Of a DNA stretch of 64,000 nucleotides, positions 57,072-64,000 are shown piece after piece; the first letter of the stretch is position 1; each line of letters starts with the position of its first letter. The notes under the pieces were generated by a model, which had not been told where the DNA came from, made no database searches, and worked only from the letters and a program-made list of their open reading frames with translations. The position numbers and the translations under genes are program-made. Source of the stretch: an uncultured Verrucomicrobiae bacterium (lineage in GTDB: Bacteria; Verrucomicrobiota; Verrucomicrobiia; Chthoniobacterales; Chthoniobacteraceae); contig CAVYKI010000003.1 in NCBI GenBank assembly GCA_963769025.1, forward strand, positions 64,001 to 128,000, given 5' to 3'.

Positions 57072-57273
57072 GATGGGAGGGTAGTGGATTGCGTGAACCA
57101 TCCGCAAGGGCGGAGGTTTCTTTGTTTGCTTCGCGTTATTCCGAGCGCGGTTGAGAAGGGGAATGCGGCGCTGCTCACACCCATGGGGCGCCCGGGATGC
57201 CGCTGGCGTTCACCTTTCCGCAGACCGTGAATCGCCCGTGAACTTCACGGTGCGCGGCGACCCGATCTCGTTT

Positions 57274-58686
57274 CTAGCACGCCGACTTCGGCGGAGCGAT
57301 CATCTGCCAGGCGGTGCGGGCGATGATGGAGATGTCCAGCGCGAGGCGCCAGTTTTCGAGGTAGGAAATGTCGCTCTCCAGCCGGCGCGCGATCTCGGCG
57401 GGCGTGCTGACTTCGCCGCGGAAGCCTCGCACCTGCGCCAGACCGGTGATGCCCGGCTTCACGAAGGTCCGGATGTGGTAGTTGCTCATCTGCTCGGCGA
57501 ACTGCGCGTTGTGCTCGATGAGGTGCGGGCGGGGCCCGGTCACGCTCATCTCGCCCTTGAGGACGTTGAGGAACTGCGGCAGCTCGTCGACGCTCATCCT
57601 GCGCATCCACCGCCCAAAGGTGTACACCCGTGCGTCTCCCTGCACGGCTTGGCGCGCCTCGTCCGGGTTGCCCGTGTGCATCGTGCGGAATTTGATGATC
57701 CGGAACTCCCGGTTCTGGATGCCCGCGCGCCTTTGCAAAAAGAACACCGGTCCCGGCGACTGGAAGCGCTGCACGAGCCAGACCGCCACCGTCAGCACGG
57801 GCAACACCAGCACCACCACCGGCAGCGCCACGGCCAGATCCAGCATGCGCTTGGCCATCCGGTTGATTGGATTTTCCAGCGGCTCCTCACGCAGCGTGAT
57901 GAAGCGCATCCCCTCGTCCTCAATGTGCACCACCGGATGCTCGAGCATTTCCTCAAGATTGCTGAGGATGAGCAGCCGCACGCCGAGCTTCTCCAGGGTC
58001 CCCACCACGTGCCGGTGCTGCGGGAGTTCCTGGGGAAGTTCCAGCAGGATAACCTGCGTGACGCCCTCGCGCCGCACCACCTCCTCCAGATCCCCCACCC
58101 CGCCCAGACGCGGGAATGCCGCGCCATTCCCGGCACGCACATCCGTGCTCAAAATCCCCACCGCACGCAGCCCGAATGCCTCCTTGTGCCGCAGCCAGCC
58201 TTGGATCCGCTTCGCCTGCGCACCGCTGCCCACCAGCAGCGTCCGCTCCACCCACCGCCCGCCAAAGATCCGCCGCGCCAGCACCCCAGGCAGCCAGTAG
58301 TTCACACCCAGCAGCCCGAGGTAAAGCGACGACCCAAACGCCAGCAGGAACCAACGCGAGATGATGTGGTCCTTAGTCGCCGCGAGATACACCAGCAGCA
58401 TCCCGATGCCGTACACCACCTGCCGCACCGTCACCCGGTGCTGATCCACGAAAGTATGCTGCCACAGGTTCTGCCGCACCCGCGCACGATCCCGGCTCAT
58501 CGACTCGAACACCAGCCCCACCATCACCACCAGCGCATACATCGGGTAATGCGCCACCAGCGAGCCATCCACGCTCGTCACCGAGGTGAACACCACCACC
58601 CCGCACAGCAGCAGTAGCATGGGCACCAGCAAAAGCTCGCAGAGCAGCAGCGCCCCCTGCAGGCCGCGTGTGCGTTGGCCGATCAT
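57274..58686 (-). CDS. Exopolysaccharide polyprenyl glycosylphosphotransferase (WcaJ/WbaP family)
   Basis: N-terminal TMs, KRMLD, IKFRTM, DELPQFLNVLKGEMS..GPRP, KPGITGLAQV. Confidence 0.93.
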   Translation of the reverse strand: MIGQRTRGLQGALLLCELLLVPMLLLLCGVVVFTSVTSVDGSLVAHYPMYALVVMVGLVFESMSRDRARVRQNLWQHTFVDQHRVTVRQVVYGIGMLLVYLAATKDHIISRWFLLAFGSSLYLGLLGVNYWLPGVLARRIFGGRWVERTLLVGSGAQAKRIQGWLRHKEAFGLRAVGILSTDVRAGNGAAFPRLGGVGDLEEVVRREGVTQVILLELPQELPQHRHVVGTLEKLGVRLLILSNLEEMLEHPVVHIEDEGMRFITLREEPLENPINRMAKRMLDLAVALPVVVLVLPVLTVAVWLVQRFQSPGPVFFLQRRAGIQNREFRIIKFRTMHTGNPDEARQAVQGDARVYTFGRWMRRMSVDELPQFLNVLKGEMSVTGPRPHLIEHNAQFAEQMSNYHIRTFVKPGITGLAQVRGFRGEVSTPAEIARRLESDISYLENWRLALDISIIARTAWQMIAPPKSAC

Positions 58687-58951
58687 TTGCGCGTGGTCAT
58701 AGGTTCAGCGGAACACGGATGCAGCATCCGTTCCAGCGCGGCAAATTCCTTGCCACCGTTCGCTCCCAGCAAACCATGCCCGTCCATTTTCCTCCTCCCC
58801 AAGCCGCCGGCTTGGCTCCACCGACTCTGCCGAACCGAGCCGCCTGCCGGCGAACCTGCGTGGGCGTTGCGTCGGATGGGCGGCATCATTGGCGTTGGTT
58901 GCACGATCTTCCGCCGGCAATCCGTGCCGCGGAGCATGCCCCTCGCTCGGA

Positions 58952-59905
58952 CTACTGGCTGACCGTCGGGTTAATCACCTTGCTCTGGCCGGAGAGCGAA
59001 ACGCCCTTGGCGATCACCTGGCCGTAGACCACCGAACCGCCGGTCTCCTTCACGTTGCGCGTCGGTGCCATGATGATTCCATTCACCACCGCGCCGCCGC
59101 TCAGAGTCACATCATACTGCGTCGAGTTGCTCTTCACGTTGAAGAGCACGTTCTCCGCGCTTAGCCCGCCGCCAAGGGTGATGCTCGCCTGCGAACTCAG
59201 CGACATGTAGCGGTTCACGTTCACCACGTAGTTGACCGCTCCCGCGGTTCCATTGCCGTTGAGCATCAGGTTGGCACCCACGCCGGAAAGAATCAGGTCC
59301 GTCAGGTTCAGCACATACGTGCCCGCCGCCTGCGCGGTGATCGATCCGCCGGTGTTGTTCAGCGTGAGCGCCGAGGTGTAGTTGCTTCCGTAAATGGAAC
59401 CGGACACCCCTCCACCAAGCGTCAGCCCGCTCGTGCTCGGCGCCAGATTTGCCGCCACGTAGGCCGCGCTGCCGGAGGTATTCGAGTTCCCCACGTCCAG
59501 CACGCCTTGGCTGATGTAACCGCCCGGATTGCTCAGAGTTGAGTTGTAGCCGCCCGTGATTGTTCCACCGGAGTTGTTCGGCGTCCCATTCATGTAAACG
59601 GTGCCCTTGATGGTCGCGAGCGAGAGCGTAAGACCGCCACTCCCGCCGATACCCACATTGCCCAGCACATCGTAGCCACCACCGGTCGTCGGATCCGTGA
59701 TAGTAACGCCGCCGGAGAGCGCGAAAATCGCCCAGTTCTTGTGCCCTCCGGTATATCCTCCACTCGCGTTGCCGAGGTTGATGCCCTCGACCGTGTCGTC
59801 AAAAAAGTTCGCCGCCTGAGTTGCTCCGACGCCCGTCAGGGTCACTGCGGAAAGCACCAAGGTCCGGAAGCTCCGGGCCACGTTCAATAAAGTGTTCAGA
59901 TTCAT
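58952..59905 (-). CDS. Secreted Gly/Ser/Thr/Asn-rich protein, ice-binding (DUF3494) / choice-of-anchor-A-like beta-helix
   Basis: Signal peptide; INLGNA...WAIFA, GNVGIG, ITLGGGLSAENVLFNV, GIIMAP, GQVIA. Confidence 0.65.
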   Translation of the reverse strand: MNLNTLLNVARSFRTLVLSAVTLTGVGATQAANFFDDTVEGINLGNASGGYTGGHKNWAIFALSGGVTITDPTTGGGYDVLGNVGIGGSGGLTLSLATIKGTVYMNGTPNNSGGTITGGYNSTLSNPGGYISQGVLDVGNSNTSGSAAYVAANLAPSTSGLTLGGGVSGSIYGSNYTSALTLNNTGGSITAQAAGTYVLNLTDLILSGVGANLMLNGNGTAGAVNYVVNVNRYMSLSSQASITLGGGLSAENVLFNVKSNSTQYDVTLSGGAVVNGIIMAPTRNVKETGGSVVYGQVIAKGVSLSGQSKVINPTVSQ

Positions 59906-60255
59906 GATTGGGAAGGGATTGAGGGGAATGCTGGCGTCAGAGTTTCCGTTCTTAGCGCAGGGCTCTCATCGTGGCAATAATAAATTTGGGGCAAAATCAG
60001 GTTGGCCTTTCTCCGAAGCCGCATGAACCGCCGTTTGACGTTGGAAGAAGCACCCAAACAGCAGAAATGTTTAAAAGTTTCTTGCGTTCGGTCTTTCGAT
60101 CGCTTAGAAGCAAAGGTTCGATTTCGCGGGGTTCTGCAAAGTGCCCCGCTTTCATCGTCTAGACGTAAAACCACGATTCCACAGCGCTGAAGACCACATT
60201 TTTTCCCCGGGTTCACACCACGCCGCTCTCTCCAGCCGCACGGACCCTCTGCGAA

Positions 60256-60478
60256 AATGCCTTCGGAAGGACTGGCGTCGCCAACCGCGAACTCTCATTG
60301 CACCTGTCACCCGTTTCCAGCCTGGCTTCCGTTAGTCCTTCGGAAAATATGAGAGGGGCATTCCAAACGCGGAGCCAGCGGGTGCAGCCACGCCCAGTCG
60401 GGCCAACGAGCCGTTCAGTCGAACGGACCTTCACTTTCTAACAACGCCCGGGCCGCCGATCCCCGCCCCGCGGGAATC
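60256..60478 (+). ncRNA. Candidate structured 5' leader RNA upstream of rpoB
   Basis: Six complementary segment pairs within about 145 nt plus two downstream hairpins; no credible ORF. Confidence 0.45.
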
Positions 60479-60519
60479 AGCGTCCCCAGATGATTCATCC
60501 ACACACCGCACCAAACACC

Positions 60520-64000
<3,481 letters not shown>

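Noticed and set aside
57130..57220. Possible degenerate intergenic repeat (GTTATTCCGAGCGCGGTTGAG...)
   Set aside because: Single copy in the window with weak symmetry; cannot be supported.

Overview
High-GC bacterial chromosomal window. The gene set (two DUF1501 plus DUF1549/DUF1553 cytochrome pairs, BatA/DUF58, PQQ-like propeller) suggests the PVC superphylum, probably Verrucomicrobiota; this is inference. Core genes present: recO, rph, tRNA-Pro(CGG), mscL, lysC, mgtE, ispH, a class A PBP, trmD, addAB-like, a WcaJ-like gene and the 5' part of rpoB. From about 14 kb onward many genes, including essential ones, are broken by 1-bp indels. I read these as uncorrected consensus errors and joined the fragments, so some ends are approximate. 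All family calls come from motif recognition, not database searches. Best candidate for an undescribed system: a five-gene operon at 9917-15646 with two nucleotide-pyrophosphatase-like enzymes (one YIGPGAG-TM anchored, one Tat-exported), a possible DUF106/EMC3-like insertase, a small protein carrying an 'RLxxLGY' tail, and a sulfotransferase. Other notable items: a TA cassette flanked by a 94-bp duplication of a gene start with no recombinase nearby, a heavily base-paired leader in front of an rpoB that lacks upstream rplL, and a repeated palindromic operator defining a wHTH-ispH regulon. No CRISPR array, rRNA, integrase or transposase was found.
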